This document shows, piece after piece, positions 1 through 13,010 of a stretch of DNA of 64,000 bases. The notes under the pieces are model-generated. The model was not told where the DNA came from, did no database searches, and saw nothing but the letters and a program-made list of their open reading frames with translations. How positions within the stretch are numbered: the stretch's first letter is position 1; every line of letters begins with the position of its first letter. The position numbers and the translations under genes were made by a program. This stretch comes from Dendrobates tinctorius (taxonomy: Eukaryota), in the NCBI RefSeq assembly GCF_039654945.1, contig NW_027361751.1, positions 8,184,001 to 8,248,000 on the forward strand, written 5' to 3'.

Positions 1-1015
1 CAACTGCATGGAATGTGCCGGGAAGGGGTTAAGCTTTAATCTGAGGGCAGATGCAGCTTACCCACGGTCCTGTGCTGTGTCCCCCTGGAGGAAAGCGGTG
101 GCTCTGTGGTGTCACCCGGTATCCTGCACGCCTCACAACTCGTGTCCAGAGCAGGCTGAGGTAAAAGACAATGCCCCCCGAGATTAGAATTGCGCGACTC
201 GTAAGTAATGAGGCGCCAAGAGGGGGCGGCGACGTTAGCGCGGGCGGCACTATTCAAATTGCGGCATAGTAGGTCGGAAAAGCTGGGGACTAAATTTTTG
301 GCCTACTCGAGCACAGAGAGCAGGGGGGGGCACGATGGGGTGCCGGTGCAACGCCGCTGACGCTAAGTCAGCGCTTCTCCCGGGGGTCAGGACCCGACCC
401 CATACCTCTACTCCAGTGCTCGGCAGGCCGCGCTGTCCGGAGCCATCCATGCAGGTCTTCTCATCCTCCTGGCTGATGAAGCAGAGCTGGAGGAGTTCTT
501 ACGCTCAATCGATCCTTCCTATGGCAGGGGGATGGAGAGCTATGGGGCTGATTCAGGGCATTCGGAAGAGCTGTTCCAGTCTTCTCCATTGCACTCCATG
601 CACTTGCCCTTGTATCCGTGGATTACCGGGACCGTAAAGATCATCGCCATCATCGTCCAGAGGAATCAGCACCAATCGTCGCAGGAAAGGGTACGGGGAG
701 GTATACTCCACGTGCTTGCCTGTTGTTGGTTCGGGGAGAGCGCCCGTAGAAAGTAACCGTCACCCCCTTCACTCCGTTAATTAAAAAAATAAAAATTTAC
801 AGAAAAATCAAAAATAAAATAAAAACAATGGGGTCTGAAACCAGACCCAAGTGCCTCCTACAGACACTAAGCAAGAACTGGAGAAATCTCATCCAGTGAG
901 AGGGTGTATACTGCAGGGGAGGAGTTAACTTTTTTTCTGGTTTACTTAGTGTCCTCCTAGTGGCAGCAGCATAACACCCACTGTCTCTGTGTCCCCCAAT
1001 GAGGCGTAGGAGAAA
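1..1015 (-). mobile_element. DIRS-type (tyrosine recombinase) retrotransposon, 5' terminal part, truncated by window edge
   Basis: Minus strand begins TTTCTCCTACGCCTCATTGGGGGACACAG...GCTGCCACTAGGAGGACACT, resembling amphibian DIRS1 termini as I recall them; GC-rich interior; lies in a GFM2 intron. Confidence 0.6.
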
Positions 1016-1855
1016 ACACATTTATATCGGAAAAAGAAGTGTACAGATGTGTATTATATTGTTCTAATGCGTCTTATGGCAAACATATGCAGGGTTTGGT
1101 AACTAAGGTACACATCGGGTCACGTGCGTCACTTAGAAACCCGATGTGTACCTTAGTTACCAGTTCCCTCCATCAGCGCGCTGGTAACTAAGATACACAG
1201 AGGGTTTCTAAGCACAGCGCCGTGCTTAGAAACCCTGCGTTTACCTTAGTTACCAGCTGATCGCTGGTCTCCCGCAGCGATGCGTGCTGGCCAGCGGGAG
1301 ACCAGCGACCAAAAAAATGTCCAGGGCTTTCCAACAGCGATACCGGCAGGGAGGCCGGTTGCTGAGAAGTGTCACACACAGCGATCTCGCTGGTGAGATC
1401 GCTGTTACGTCACAAAACTTGTGACTCAGCAGCGATCTCGCTAGCGAGATCGTTATGTGTGATGGGGCCCTTAGGAGAAAATAGTGAACACAGTGCTAAC
1501 TGGCCGTAGGGATTGCGTCACAAAGCAATATAACACGATCTTCAGGACAGCCAGTGCTGACACCGCTGCAACAGTGCCGGCAACGGAAGGGAGCATAGTT
1601 GTTGTTTTTAGTGGGGAAACATAGACATTCAGAAGGGCTTGTCGGGGTAGTGGGCAATCCCCTTAACATACGTACCTTTTTTGGCACAAATCTCAGAGGT
1701 TAGGGCTACCTAGGGCATTATTAGGGTGTATACCGTAATCATCGACTATATATTTTTGTTTATTTGTGTGTTCATCTTGGATTATTTCCATTTTAAGCAT
1801 ATCCAATAAAAATTGATAATTTTTAAGGTTTTTTGATTGTTTTCATTAAGTTTTA

Positions 1856-2529
1856 AGGCCCCGTCACACATAGCGACTTACCAGCGATCCCGACAACGAT
1901 ATCAACGTGTCAGGATCGCTGGTGAATCGCTATGTGATCGCTTGTGAGCTGTCAAACAGACAGCTTCACCAGCGATTAGCACAGCGACGCCGCACGTGCG
2001 GCATCGCTGTGTTCGGCGCTGATTCATGTCAAAAATAGAATTAAAATAAAAAATATTGTTATTCTCACCTTCCGACGTCCCGCGCAGCATTCCCACCTCT
2101 CTCCACACTCCGGTCCCAGTAATCCTTTACGAGAATTACCGCGATGACGTCCGTTCTCGCGGGATCGCGAAGTCTCGCGGTCATTCTTGCAAAGGATTAC
2201 TGGGACCGGAGCGTGGAGAGAGGCGGGAATGCTGCGCGGGACGTCGGAAGGTGAGAATAGTAATATTTTTTTTTTTTTTTTTTTAATTATTTTATCGCTG
2301 ATCGCTGGTCTCCCGCCTGTCACACACAGCAATGCGTGCTGGCCAGCAGGAGATCAGCGACGAAAGAAATGTCCAGAGATTTCCAGAGCGATCAGCGATA
2401 CCGGCAGGGGGGGCCAGTCGCTGATCGCTGTCACACACAGCGATCTCGCTGGTGAGATCGCTGTTGTGTCACAAAACTTGTGACTCAGCAGCGATCTCGC
2501 TAGTGAGATCGCTATGTGTGACGGGGCCT
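1856..2529. mobile_element. PIF/Harbinger-type MITE (related partial copy ~1095-1470; another copy 24481-24941)
   Basis: TIRs AGGCCCCGTCACACATAGCG...CGCTATGTGTGACGGGGCCT, TTA target duplication on both sides, internal palindromes. Confidence 0.75.
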
Positions 2530-3438
2530 TTAGGAAAGAATGTGCAGGGGCAGAACAAAGAGATATTGTTTCAAGGTATTTCAATCGTTCAGATCGCTTT
2601 CAAATGCTCCCCAGCATGGAAAGGCTAACATGACCCCGATTCATCATTTATGTGGGGTTTTTTATGTTTTCATCCTAAAGTCATTTTTTTGCGTTGTCTA
2701 TCTGCTTGCACTGGTGGATTTTGCGGCAAATTCATCAATATGGATGCAAAATGTTTGATGAACAAGCCCAAATTCAGAAATGTATTTTGTCTCTTTTGTG
2801 CCTTTTGGGAGGGAAAAGTCACAGCTGCTCAATAGGCCTGAAAATATTGCAAGTTAGTCTTTAACTGGACATGAAACAAACCGTGAAGACAGATTTTGGA
2901 CTCCACTAGGAAACTGGAGCTCAAATGCACAAAAATCTGGCAACAGTTTAAGAAGTTACAAATGATGAATTAGGCCAAAACATCTGGATAACCAAAACCG
3001 TGTCCATAGTGACAAACTGAAGGAGATAAATAAAAAAATAAAAATAAAAAAAATCACAGCCAAAACCAAATAAAGTTATCATAAAAAAGGTGAAAATGAA
3101 ATTATAAAAAATAAATAAGAAAAAATAATAATATAAAAAAGAAAATCACGATCAGAACCATTTTGACTTAACAAAAAAAATGAAGAAAAAAGAAGAAAAA
3201 TGCCAAAAAGTGATTCTGAATCGACCCCTATGTGGTCGGAGATATATTAGTAGTGATATTTGGTGACAGTCCATTAAGGTCCTCATTATCAGTCGCATGT
3301 ATCCAGTATCACAGCCGCCATCATAGGGAATCACTGACATAAACCAGGGTCAGACTTGTCGATGTACCAGCCCAATGCACTACATCCTCCATACTAATTA
3401 ACCGGATAATGACCACGCACTACACACCATCATTTTAC

Positions 3439-3499
3439 CTGTAGTAACAAGGGCCTGGCTTTCAACTTCTCTTTGATGCTTTCAACAGAATATGTAAAG
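3439..3499 (-). CDS. GFM2: GFM2 (mitochondrial ribosome-releasing factor 2 / EF-G2mt) coding exon 8; gene continues beyond left edge
   Basis: AG/GT-bounded 61-nt exon, (S)FTYSVESIKEKLKARPLLLQ, phase-compatible with previous exon. Confidence 0.9.
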
Positions 3500-3642
3500 C
3501 TAAAAGAGTAACAAAGAAATTACACCAATTGTGTATCTCATATGTAATAAAGCAGAACAACATAATTCACACTGGCCGGATCCATATTGCAGTCTATAAT
3601 CTATGATCACACCGTACCGCAGACCCCAATAATGCCCAGTAC

Positions 3643-3731
3643 CTGGCTCCAGTCTTGTCCATCTTGTTTAAGAAGCACATTCGTGGTACTGAGTGCTTAT
3701 CTGCTTGTCTCCACACCGTCAGCGTCTGAGC
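3643..3731 (-). CDS. GFM2: GFM2 coding exon 7
   Basis: 89 nt, [29 protein letters not shown] (G4 NKxD motif), canonical splice sites. Confidence 0.95.
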
Positions 3732-5218
3732 CTTAGGGGTAAAGAGACCATATGGTTATCCTACAGATATCCTCACACACTACAAGATATGTACAATGCT
3801 GACGGAGATACTATAGCTTCATTTCATTGTACGGTGTGCATCTGATCCTATTATACATGTTTTAATGAGGGATCCCCTAGTTTGGAGGTTATCAGACCAC
3901 TGGGGCCCCCACCGATCTCACCGTGAGAATGGAGCGATAGTCAATCATGCACACAGTCACTCCATCCATTCAGTGTCAAAGAAAAGCCGAGCGCTGGGCT
4001 CAGCTATCTCAGGTGATCGCAATAAGAATATATGGAGTGGCGGTGCGCAAGACTGACCGCCGCTCCATTCTCACCCGGCTCTTTAGATCCCCAGTTTTTG
4101 GGATCAGTGGGGGGACCCGGTGATTGGGAATTTATACCCTATACTATGAATAAGGGATAACTTAAAAACTTTAGAATACCCCTTTAAGTTCCCATAAAAT
4201 AAAGTATCTACATTTCATTTGTGGAAATCTATCATGGTTTGATCAATGAAACCAAAATCAGAAATCACTATTCAAGCCTAAAGGGATTTGAAATTTTGCA
4301 AAATGGATAATGCTCATGATTTTCTGACCAGTTTGTAGGATATAATCAGAAAATTGCTCTTTGATTAATCTGGATTGTAAAATAAACTGATTGATATCCT
4401 TAGAGGCACAATTACCCTTCCCATAGGAAGCCCTGTACAATAGTATGGGGTGTCCATCTTGTCACTCTACTGGTCCCCTTATCCATAAACACTATTTTGG
4501 TGGACAGCTATGTTTCCAAGCGCCATCAAAAAAGGCCGAGACAGCGCATGTTCATAGCATTGTCACATGTAGAATAGCAACTTATACACACGTAGACCAC
4601 GTTCACACGGTCAGTATTTGACATCAGTATTTCTAAACCAAGACCAGGAGTGGGAGATAAATATAGAAGTGGTGACGTGTGTCTATTATACTTTACCTCT
4701 GATTGATCCAATCAATCGAAATAGAACAATTATCGGATCGCATTCCGTGGAAAAAGATCGGACCGCACTCAAATGACATCTAAGTGCAGTCCGTTTTTCA
4801 CGGACTGGCAAAATGAAGACAAACAAGGTTTTTTTTAACCTCATCTTCTCCTCATCTTAGAAACTCTGATCACACTCCTGATCACCCATAATCGGACCGA
4901 TTTTCTCAGATTAGAGGAAGTACGATCGTGTGACCCAAGCCTTAGCGTAGCCATTTATCTCCTGAGGGAACAAAGGATTAGATGTGATGAAATCCAGGCC
5001 GTCCTCATACACACTAGATAATCTGCAGAGTCATGTGGCTTTCATCCAATGTGTATGACCCGCTTAAGAAAATCCCAGCTAATCTCCCTGATGGCATCTA
5101 ACCGGTACAGCCAAAATATATAACTGCCAAAAAACAGGATGATAATTAGGAGAAGAGATATTTCTCCAAATGAGAACACTTTATCCAGTATTTTGTTAAC
5201 CAAAGTAATCCGTTATAC

Positions 5219-5307
5219 CTCCACACCAGCAGAGGCATCAAACACAGCGACTGCACCATCCAACACCCTCAGTGAGCGCTCCACTTCCACCGTGAAGTCC
5301 ACATGTC
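5219..5307 (-). CDS. GFM2: GFM2 coding exon 6
   Basis: 89 nt, [29 protein letters not shown], canonical splice sites. Confidence 0.95.
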
Positions 5308-5400
5308 CTGCGAACAAACACAATATATAGTTCAGAAGATACTACATGGAGACAGCCAGGATCCTTGTACACAATGCACCAGAAGAGTACGAGCGACAAC

Positions 5401-5526
5401 CTGGAGTGTCAATCAAGTTGATCCTATGGCCATTCCAGTCAAAGGTGACAGCGGCTGACTGAATAGTGATCCCTCGTTCTCTTTCCTGCACCATAAAATC
5501 TGTCACTGTGTCTCCATCATCAACAT
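5401..5526 (-). CDS. GFM2: GFM2 coding exon 5
   Basis: 126 nt, [43 protein letters not shown] (G2/G3 motifs of translational GTPases). Confidence 0.95.
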
Positions 5527-5581
5527 CTGTTATAAAGAAATGAAATAATATATGATGAAAAGCCACTTTGTATGATAGATA

Positions 5582-6514
5582 CAGTGACAAGTAAAGGTTT
5601 AGGCACCCTATTCAAAATTAATGTTATTGTGAACAGTTAAGCAAGTTGAAGATGAAATGATCTCTAAGGGCCCTAAAGTTAAAGTGAAAATTCTGTGTCC
5701 TTTTTTCTCCACACATACCTTTGATCATTGCGGCCAAAGTGTTCTATTTTAACCTCATTGGCCCTCAGGACTTGTTTCCAAAATGCATCAGGCTTGTTTA
5801 GATGTTCTTTTGCATACTTCTGTCACTGAATTTTATGGTGAGGACACGAGATGTTTTCTTCTGATGACTCTTCCATGAAGGCCATATTTGTGCAGGTGTC
5901 TGAAAAGTAGAACAATCTACCACAACTTCAGAGTCTGATAAATCTTTCTGAAGCTTCTCTGCAGTCAAGTGAGGGTTCTGATTTGCCTCTCTAGCAATCT
6001 GAAGAGCAGCTCTCACTGAAATTTTGCTTGATCTTCCAGACCTTATCTTGACCTTCACTGTTCATGTTAACTGCCATTTCTTAATTAATTAGATTTCAAA
6101 CTAAAGAAAGGGCAACTTGAAAACACTTTGCTTTCTTCTTATAGCCTTCTCCTGCTTTGTGGGCCTCCACAATTTTCAGAGAACTAGGCAGCTGCTTAGA
6201 AGAACCCATCGCTGCAGTTTTTCAGCACAAGGTTAGAGGAGGATGGATTTTTAGAGAGCTGGGAAATGTGAATCACCTGGCCTTTCCTAATGATGTTAGT
6301 GAACAAGTCGTGACCCGAAGAGGCTAATTAAGGTCTGAAACCTTGGTCAAAGTCATCTGATCACACAAATCTCCAAGGGTGCCCAAACTTTTGCATCTGC
6401 CCATCTAATATACAAAGGAAATTGGTCACCTTTAGGCCTTTTGAAGATCATTTCATCTTGATTAACTGTTCACAATAACACTAACTAGGGGTGCCAAAAC
6501 TTTTCATGCCACTG
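5582..6514 (-). mobile_element. Internally deleted Tc1-like transposon
   Basis: TA-CAGTG...CACTG-TA ends with inverted repeats; residual transposase HTH (RSGRSSKIS...NPHLTAEKLQ). Confidence 0.8.
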
Positions 6515-6583
6515 TAGATACATAGACAAAGTCTTCAGGTAACTCAAGCCTGTATAGCAGACACATTTGTGCATTTCTTTTAC

Positions 6584-6681
6584 CTCCAAGAGCCCGGATG
6601 TACCCGGAATAATACAACATTCTCTCTGTAGTTGTGGTTTTCCCGGCATCAATATGAGCCATGATCCCTATGTTTCTGATC
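6584..6681 (-). CDS. GFM2: GFM2 coding exon 4
   Basis: 98 nt, [32 protein letters not shown] (P-loop G1). Confidence 0.95.
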
Positions 6682-7099
6682 CTTCAGTGAAAGCAAAAGG
6701 AAATATTAGTATTCGAGCATATGAAGAAGACACTGCAGCAAACAGACAGGTTTAATTTCACAATTTTTCTACACTCCTTTGGAAAATGAGAGCAGTGGCT
6801 GGATATATTACTATGGGCAATTATCCATGACAAATAGGGTAGCAAACTTTTATGTATTCCATGCTGTATCTCAGCAGTTTGTGATTACGACTGCATAGTG
6901 TAAAGATTGAGGGGGGTTCAGGTTTTGAGACACCCTCAGCGAACGCTTAGGCCTCTTTCACACTTCAGTTTTTTGTGTCAGTTAAAATCTGCCAAAAGGA
7001 CGGATAGCGGAGCCGTTTTAGTACTGATGACAATGGATGCCACCCGTCCGTTTTTTTGATGGATCCGCCAAATGAAGAATGTTAAAGGAATAGCAGCCT

Positions 7100-7170
7100 G
7101 GAGAGAGAGAGAGGAGAGAGAGAGAGGAGAGAGAAGAGAGGAGAGAGGAGAGAGGAGAGAGGAGAGAGAA
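7100..7170. repeat. Purine microsatellite (GAGAGGA)n
   Basis: Directly visible; source of the low-complexity S/L/P ORFs. Confidence 0.9.
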
Positions 7171-7654
7171 TATACTTTGAAGAGACAGGAACAAGAATAG
7201 TTCGGCGCCACCCCAGGCCGGCTCTTCCCAGCGCTGCATAAATAGAGAGAACTGTCTGTCACCTCTAGCAGGGCTGGGAAGAGCCGCCAGGGGCAGTGCC
7301 GGACTAGTCTCGCCTCCGATTCACGCCCGGCACGTAAAAGTATATTTTATCTAATAATAAATCTGACTACAATCCTACAGCCAGACTGTGCCTCATACTG
7401 ACCACGGTTAAGGTGGCATGAATCGCATGACAGGCTACCTTTAAACCACTGTGCAGAAGCGCTCAGTTTAGCAGGCTGGAGTGTGTGTGCACAAGAGGAT
7501 ACACCCACATACATTCTATCGAGATCATGCACCGCTGTGAGCGCGCACTTATGCACCGCTGTGAGCACACACTCATGCACTTACACTTCTAGCTTAGTTA
7601 CACTTTCAGGAAGAAAGCATGGACTGAATACCGGTAGTGTGCATCATTCCTTAC

Positions 7655-7700
7655 CTGGAAACAGGAGGGGTGATAATACTTCGCAATGATTTGATAGCCC
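7655..7700 (-). CDS. GFM2: GFM2 coding exon 3
   Basis: 46 nt, AIKSLRSIITPPVS, CAG/GTAAG boundaries, phases fit both neighbours. Confidence 0.88.
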
Positions 7701-9121
7701 CTGAAAAACAGCAGCAGAAGAAATGACTACGGGGCTAACCACTGGAGCAGTACATTCAGTGAAAATATAGACTAATTTATAGCTGAAGAAAAATAGACAA
7801 TTGTTAAAGGGAATCTGACATCAGTAAACTACATATTAATCTGATGCCATTCTCCTGCTGGTAACTTATAGCGGCACTCCAGCTTTTTTTTTTATTGCAC
7901 TGCTGGAGTGGTGCTTTAAATGTAATTCCCCTGCCGCTGCCTTCATCCTTTTCCAGCGCTGCTCCCGTCGGTCTCCTGGAAACAGTGACCTGCCGGTTTA
8001 CATGGGGCGGTGCAGAGGTCATTTATCAATACATGTATATGATCATGAGCCTTGTTGCATTGAGCTCTTGTGACGTAACTTATGACTTCCAACCAGTCAA
8101 AAGTTCCGGACACAGGATAGCACCAGGGGACCAGAGCGGCTCTGAAAAACAGGGAAGACTCTGGAAGGAGAGTATAGAACTGTGGGTAAGTGGCTTACAT
8201 TTAATGCGCCATTCCAGGACAGAAAAAAAAACACTGGAGTGGTGCTTTAACGATAATACTGTTGTCTCTAATAAAATGAATATGTGCCTATTTGTGTGAA
8301 AAAACAATCCGAGCGATTGCAAAGTTCCACCATCTGGAACGAGTCATCCCTGTGATCACGCCCACACTCTTTTGCTTAATTGTTTGCGGTATGGCGACAT
8401 CAGAGCAGCCACCTCTGAAATCTTGCACATGCTCTTTAAGGGTCCGAACGCCGAATGCCTCTTTCATACGCTGTGAGCCGAGGTGTACGCTATTATGTAT
8501 GATCTATACCGCGCCTCAGTCCAGAGCTTGGCGAGGATGAGATATATACACCCCAAACTCACTGTACATGAAAGAGGCACTCTGAATCCGGAATATAACA
8601 ACAGCATGCGTCAGAAGCGACTGCTCTGATATCAACACACCAATGAAAAGAGAATGGGCGTGATTACAAGGATGACTTGGCCCAGCGCTCATCCGAACAC
8701 TTGTACTATAGAAAGCAATACCACAGTATTGCAGAATATAGTAAAAATAATGGAGCCCAGCCACAGGCGGAGTTTCAACAGAGCACTGTCATGGCAGACA
8801 AAGGGGGTCTTCGGCAGACCCGGCTACCATCTGACACCCAACGATCGCATTATGGTGGGGGGCAATGGCTGCATTGAATGATGAGCTTCAGCGATTCTCA
8901 TAGGCATTCTAACAGTTCACTTTAGACATCTAAGCACCGTCTGCAGCTGTTAGTGGCAGATGATGGCTGAATAACACAGGAATCATGTGCCCAGAATGGA
9001 GCGGGCTCAGCCTGTTCCCAAAGTGCGCCATAGATGTACGGTGGCTTTCAGGAAGGTGATGTTCTCTGAAAGAATAATATAATATATTTACAAGGAAATG
9101 GTGTCTAGTGCACAACTCTAC

Positions 9122-9209
9122 CTGCTGGCATGCTGTAGCTCCTAGAGGATCCATAATGATGTCTTGATCTGCCACACAGTGAATGTTGTCTTCTACAGCA
9201 ATGAACACA
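9122..9209 (-). CDS. GFM2: GFM2 coding exon 2 (mitochondrial targeting peptide)
   Basis: 88 nt, CVHCCRRQHSLCGRSRHHYGSSRSYSMPA; Arg/Ser-rich, no acidic residues, RSYS cleavage-like motif; phase 0 in, phase 1 out as required. Confidence 0.75.
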
Positions 9210-9966
9210 CTACACGAGAAAACACTCATGTTAGCTATGCGATGGGATCATTCATTTTGTTTCAAGCTTAATTAACGGCTTCTGCCATCGTGCTCCCGAT
9301 ATTATCAGTCACTCAGCAGTAGACACCGTGATGCCTGGACTACTCCAAGTGACATGACGTTACCTTTAAATTAAACGAATGGATGAAAACTGGAACAAGT
9401 AGTGGTCTCAATCATTACTTTCCAGTTAGGGATCACAGAAAACAAGCTTTTTAATTGGAATAATGTGTCTAAATATTGCTGTTACACACTTGCTATAGCG
9501 CCCCCTCATGTTCTTTTCACTCACTCTCAGAATATACAACTAATAGTTCCAGGGCAGAAGAGAAGAAGCCACTTCTAGGGCACTAATTTCTACAGATATC
9601 CCTCTGCCGTCCGGTGCTACGGAGCGTGTGGCCACAAGCAGAGGACTCATCAGCAGGATGTCCTAAGAGCGAATCAAAAGTCCACCACAGGGGGCGCCAT
9701 AATATGCAACTGTGATATCTGGACAATTTTAAAATACTTTCAATTAAACAATTGTTATTTTCTGTGTGGTTAACACAGAAACTTAATACTTCATCAAGGG
9801 ACAGTGACATGGAAATTATTTTTTTTTAAATGAAAATCCACAACAGTGAAGAGAACCCAATGATTGTTGAATGTGTTCCCCACGTTCAAGTATTTCACTA
9901 ACTTGGGGTCAAACACATGCTTGTGTATGGCCACTGCAGGATCCCAATATGACAGCCAAGATCATA

Positions 9967-11921
9967 CAATGGGGAATATAAGTATTTGATACACTGTCGA
10001 TTTTGCAAGTTTTCCCACCTACAAAGAATGGAGAGGTCTGTAATTTTTATCGTAGGTACACTTCACCTGTGAGAGACAGAATCTGAAAATAAAAAACAGT
10101 AAATCACAATTTACATAATCCACTAGTAGAAAACCCCTTCTTGAACGAAATTTTTACCCCCAATAACAAAAAAAAAAAAAAAAAAAACATACTCACCTCC
10201 AGTGCTGTGCTGGTGCCCTTTCCGCACTGTCAGGACACCCTCTCCACGGGGCTCTTGTGCGGTGTTGTCACACGTTACCCCAGTGCTCAATCAGCGCCGA
10301 CGTCCCTGTCCCTGCCTACGTACAGATTGAACATGAAGAGGAAGCCAGGGATCAGCTACAGCCCCGACTACCTCTTTATGTTCAATCCATACGTAGGCAG
10401 GGACAGTGATGTCTGCGCTGACTGAGCACTGGGGTCACATGTGACAACACCGCACAAGAGCCCCGTGTAAACAGAGTCCTGTCACCGCGGGAACGGCACC
10501 GACAAGAAGCGAGTATAGATTTTTTTATTTTATCAGAGGCAAAAATTTTGTTCAAGAAGGGGATGTTACAGTAGTGGACAACAGAAAAACAAAATATTTG
10601 GTACAGAGACCTTTGTTTTCAATTACAGAGGTCAGAAGTTTCCTGTAGTTTGCACACACCGCAGCTGGGATTTTGGCCTATTCGTCCATACAGATCTTAT
10701 CCAGATCTGTCAGGGTTCTGGGCTGTCACTAAGAAACATTGAGTTTCAGCTCCCTCCAAAGATTTACTATTGGGTTCAGTTGTGCAGACTGGCTAGGCCA
10801 CTCCGGGACCTTGAAATGCTTCTTGTGGAGCCACTCCTTAGTTGCCCTGGCTGTGTGTTTCAGGTCATTGTCATGCTGGAAGACAAAGCCACAACCCATC
10901 TTCAATGATCTTACTGAGTGAAGGAGGTTGTTGACCAAAATCTCGCAATACATGACCCCATCCATCCTCTCTTCAATACGATGCAGTTGCCTTGTCCCCT
11001 TTGCAGAAAAGCACCCCCATAGTATGATGTTTCCCCCACCATGCTTCACAGTTGGAACGGTAATCTTGGGGTTGTACTTATCCTTCTTCCTACAAACACG
11101 GCGAATGGTGTTGATACCAAAAATTTCTATTTTGGCCTCATCTGAACACATTACATTCTCCCATGCCTCATCCAGATGGTTTTTGGCGATCTTCAAACAG
11201 GTCAGGACGTGTGCTGGTGGGAGCAGGGTGACACTGTATGCCCTGCAGAATTTTAATCCATGACGGCGTAGTGTGGTACTAAAGGTAATGTTTGAGACTG
11301 TGGTCCCAGCTCTTTTCAGTCCATTGACCAGGTCTTCTCGTGTAATTCTGCGGTGATTCCTGACCTTTCTCAGAATCATCCTTACCCCACGATGCAAGAT
11401 CTTGCATGGAGCCCCAGACCTTAGAAGATTGACAGTCACCTTTGTGCTTCTTCCATTTTCTAATAATTGTGCCAACAGTTGTTGCCTTCTAACCAAGCTG
11501 CTTTCCTATTGTTCTGTATCCCATCCCAGCCTTGTGCAGGTTTACAATTTTGTCCTGGTATCGTTATACAGATCTTTGGCCTTGGCCATGGTGGAGAAGT
11601 TGGCGTGATTGATTGAGTGGACAGGCGTCTTTTATACAGGTAATGAGCGCAGAGTAGGAGGGCTTTTTAAGGAAAAACTAACAGGTCTGTGAGAGACAGA
11701 ATTCATGCTGATTGCTAGGTGATAACATAGTTATTTCATGCAATAAAATGCATATGAATTATGTAAAAATCATACAATGTGATTTTTTTGGTATTTATTT
11801 TTTACATTCTGTCTCTCACAGTGGAAGAGTACCGACAATAAAAATTACAGACCTCTCCATTCTTTGTAGGTAGGAAAACTTGCAAAATCGGCAGTGTATC
11901 CAATACTTATTTTCCCCACTG
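9967..11921 (-). mobile_element. Tc1-like transposon with decayed transposase (10729-11496) and a nested palindromic MITE (~10120-10580)
   Basis: Long TIRs flanked by TA; motifs [24 protein letters not shown]. Confidence 0.9.
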
Positions 11922-11936
11922 TATATCAAGCCTTAC

Positions 11937-11987
11937 CTTTCTGTACACAGCAGATGTTCTCAGCATTGACTTGTACACCGCTAACAT
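11937..11987 (-). CDS. GFM2: GFM2 first coding exon (whole exon 11937-12029)
   Basis: MLAVYKSMLRTSAVYRK followed by GTAAGG donor; polypyrimidine TCTTTCTATAG acceptor at 12030-12031. Confidence 0.75.
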
Positions 11988-12227
11988 CCTCGCTCGCTGC
12001 TTTGTATTCTACAGACACCGCATAGAAACCTATAGAAAGAGACTGCAATGTTTACTAGAATTTAGAATCTGTTTACAGATGACCTCCAGCAAAAAGTGAT
12101 TAACCAAGGGATCTTATATGGGGTAAAATGGCAAAGTGACAGGAAAAAAAACAACTTTGCAATTTACATGTAAAAATCTTCTCCGTTCTAAGGAGAGAAT
12201 CAATTTTTAGTATTCTAGTTTACTGAT

Positions 12228-13010
12228 CGCTGTCAAGGGTACCGGCCACCTCTGCAATTTATCGTGGGTCGCTGGTCTCCTAGGCAAGGACTATGGGCTT
12301 AGTTTAATACAGATTTTAGGGTAAAAATATCAAATACTGTCACTTCCAAACAAAAAACAGGTGTGAACAGGTGCAGGCTAAGAGTAGCCACCTCCATATA
12401 GAACTAACAAATAAAGTTGCACTCTGTAACGCTATAACATGCAAACATGAAATATGACATTGGAATTGCATTACTGCTCTAGAAAACAGGTTAGAACTAA
12501 GAATCTTGGTGCATATATTGGTCAATTCATGCGTGCCCAGCAGCCACGACAAGGTGATCCTCTATGCTGGGAACCTAAGCTAACATGAAATCTCTCCTGG
12601 GCTGCATAATTATATCGGAAGTACCTCGTAGGATTCTGCTGTGATTAAAACTACCAGAGGCTGATGTGTGGAGTGCTCGGTCAGAGACCCCGAGTATACA
12701 TATATCAAAGACTGACCATCATTTCCAAGCAGAAAACTGGTGTGAACAGGTGCGTACTAAGAGTAGCCATCTCTATATATAACTAACAAATAAAGCTGCA
12801 TTCTGTAACACTATAACATGCAAACATGAAATATATGAAATTGGAATTGCATTACTGCTCTAGAAAACAGGTTAAAGCAAAGATACTAAGTATTTCTAGT
12901 CTGTAGTATCTTTGCTTTAACCTATTTTCTAGAGCAGTAATGCAATTCCAATTTCAAATACTTCATGTTTGCATGTTATAGTGTTACAGAATGCAGCTTT
13001 ATTTGTTAGT
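12228..13010 (-). mobile_element. Non-coding fold-back element, Penelope-like architecture (partial tandem plus inverted arm)
   Basis: Direct repeat 12360-12492 / 12739-12873, inverted copy ~12905-13010, possible TACTGAT duplication at 12221-12227 / 13011-13017. Confidence 0.55.

Noticed and set aside
9510-9662. Candidate GFM2 exon (AG...GTGAGT)
   Set aside because: Stop codon in the required frame; 9122-9209 fits phase and composition
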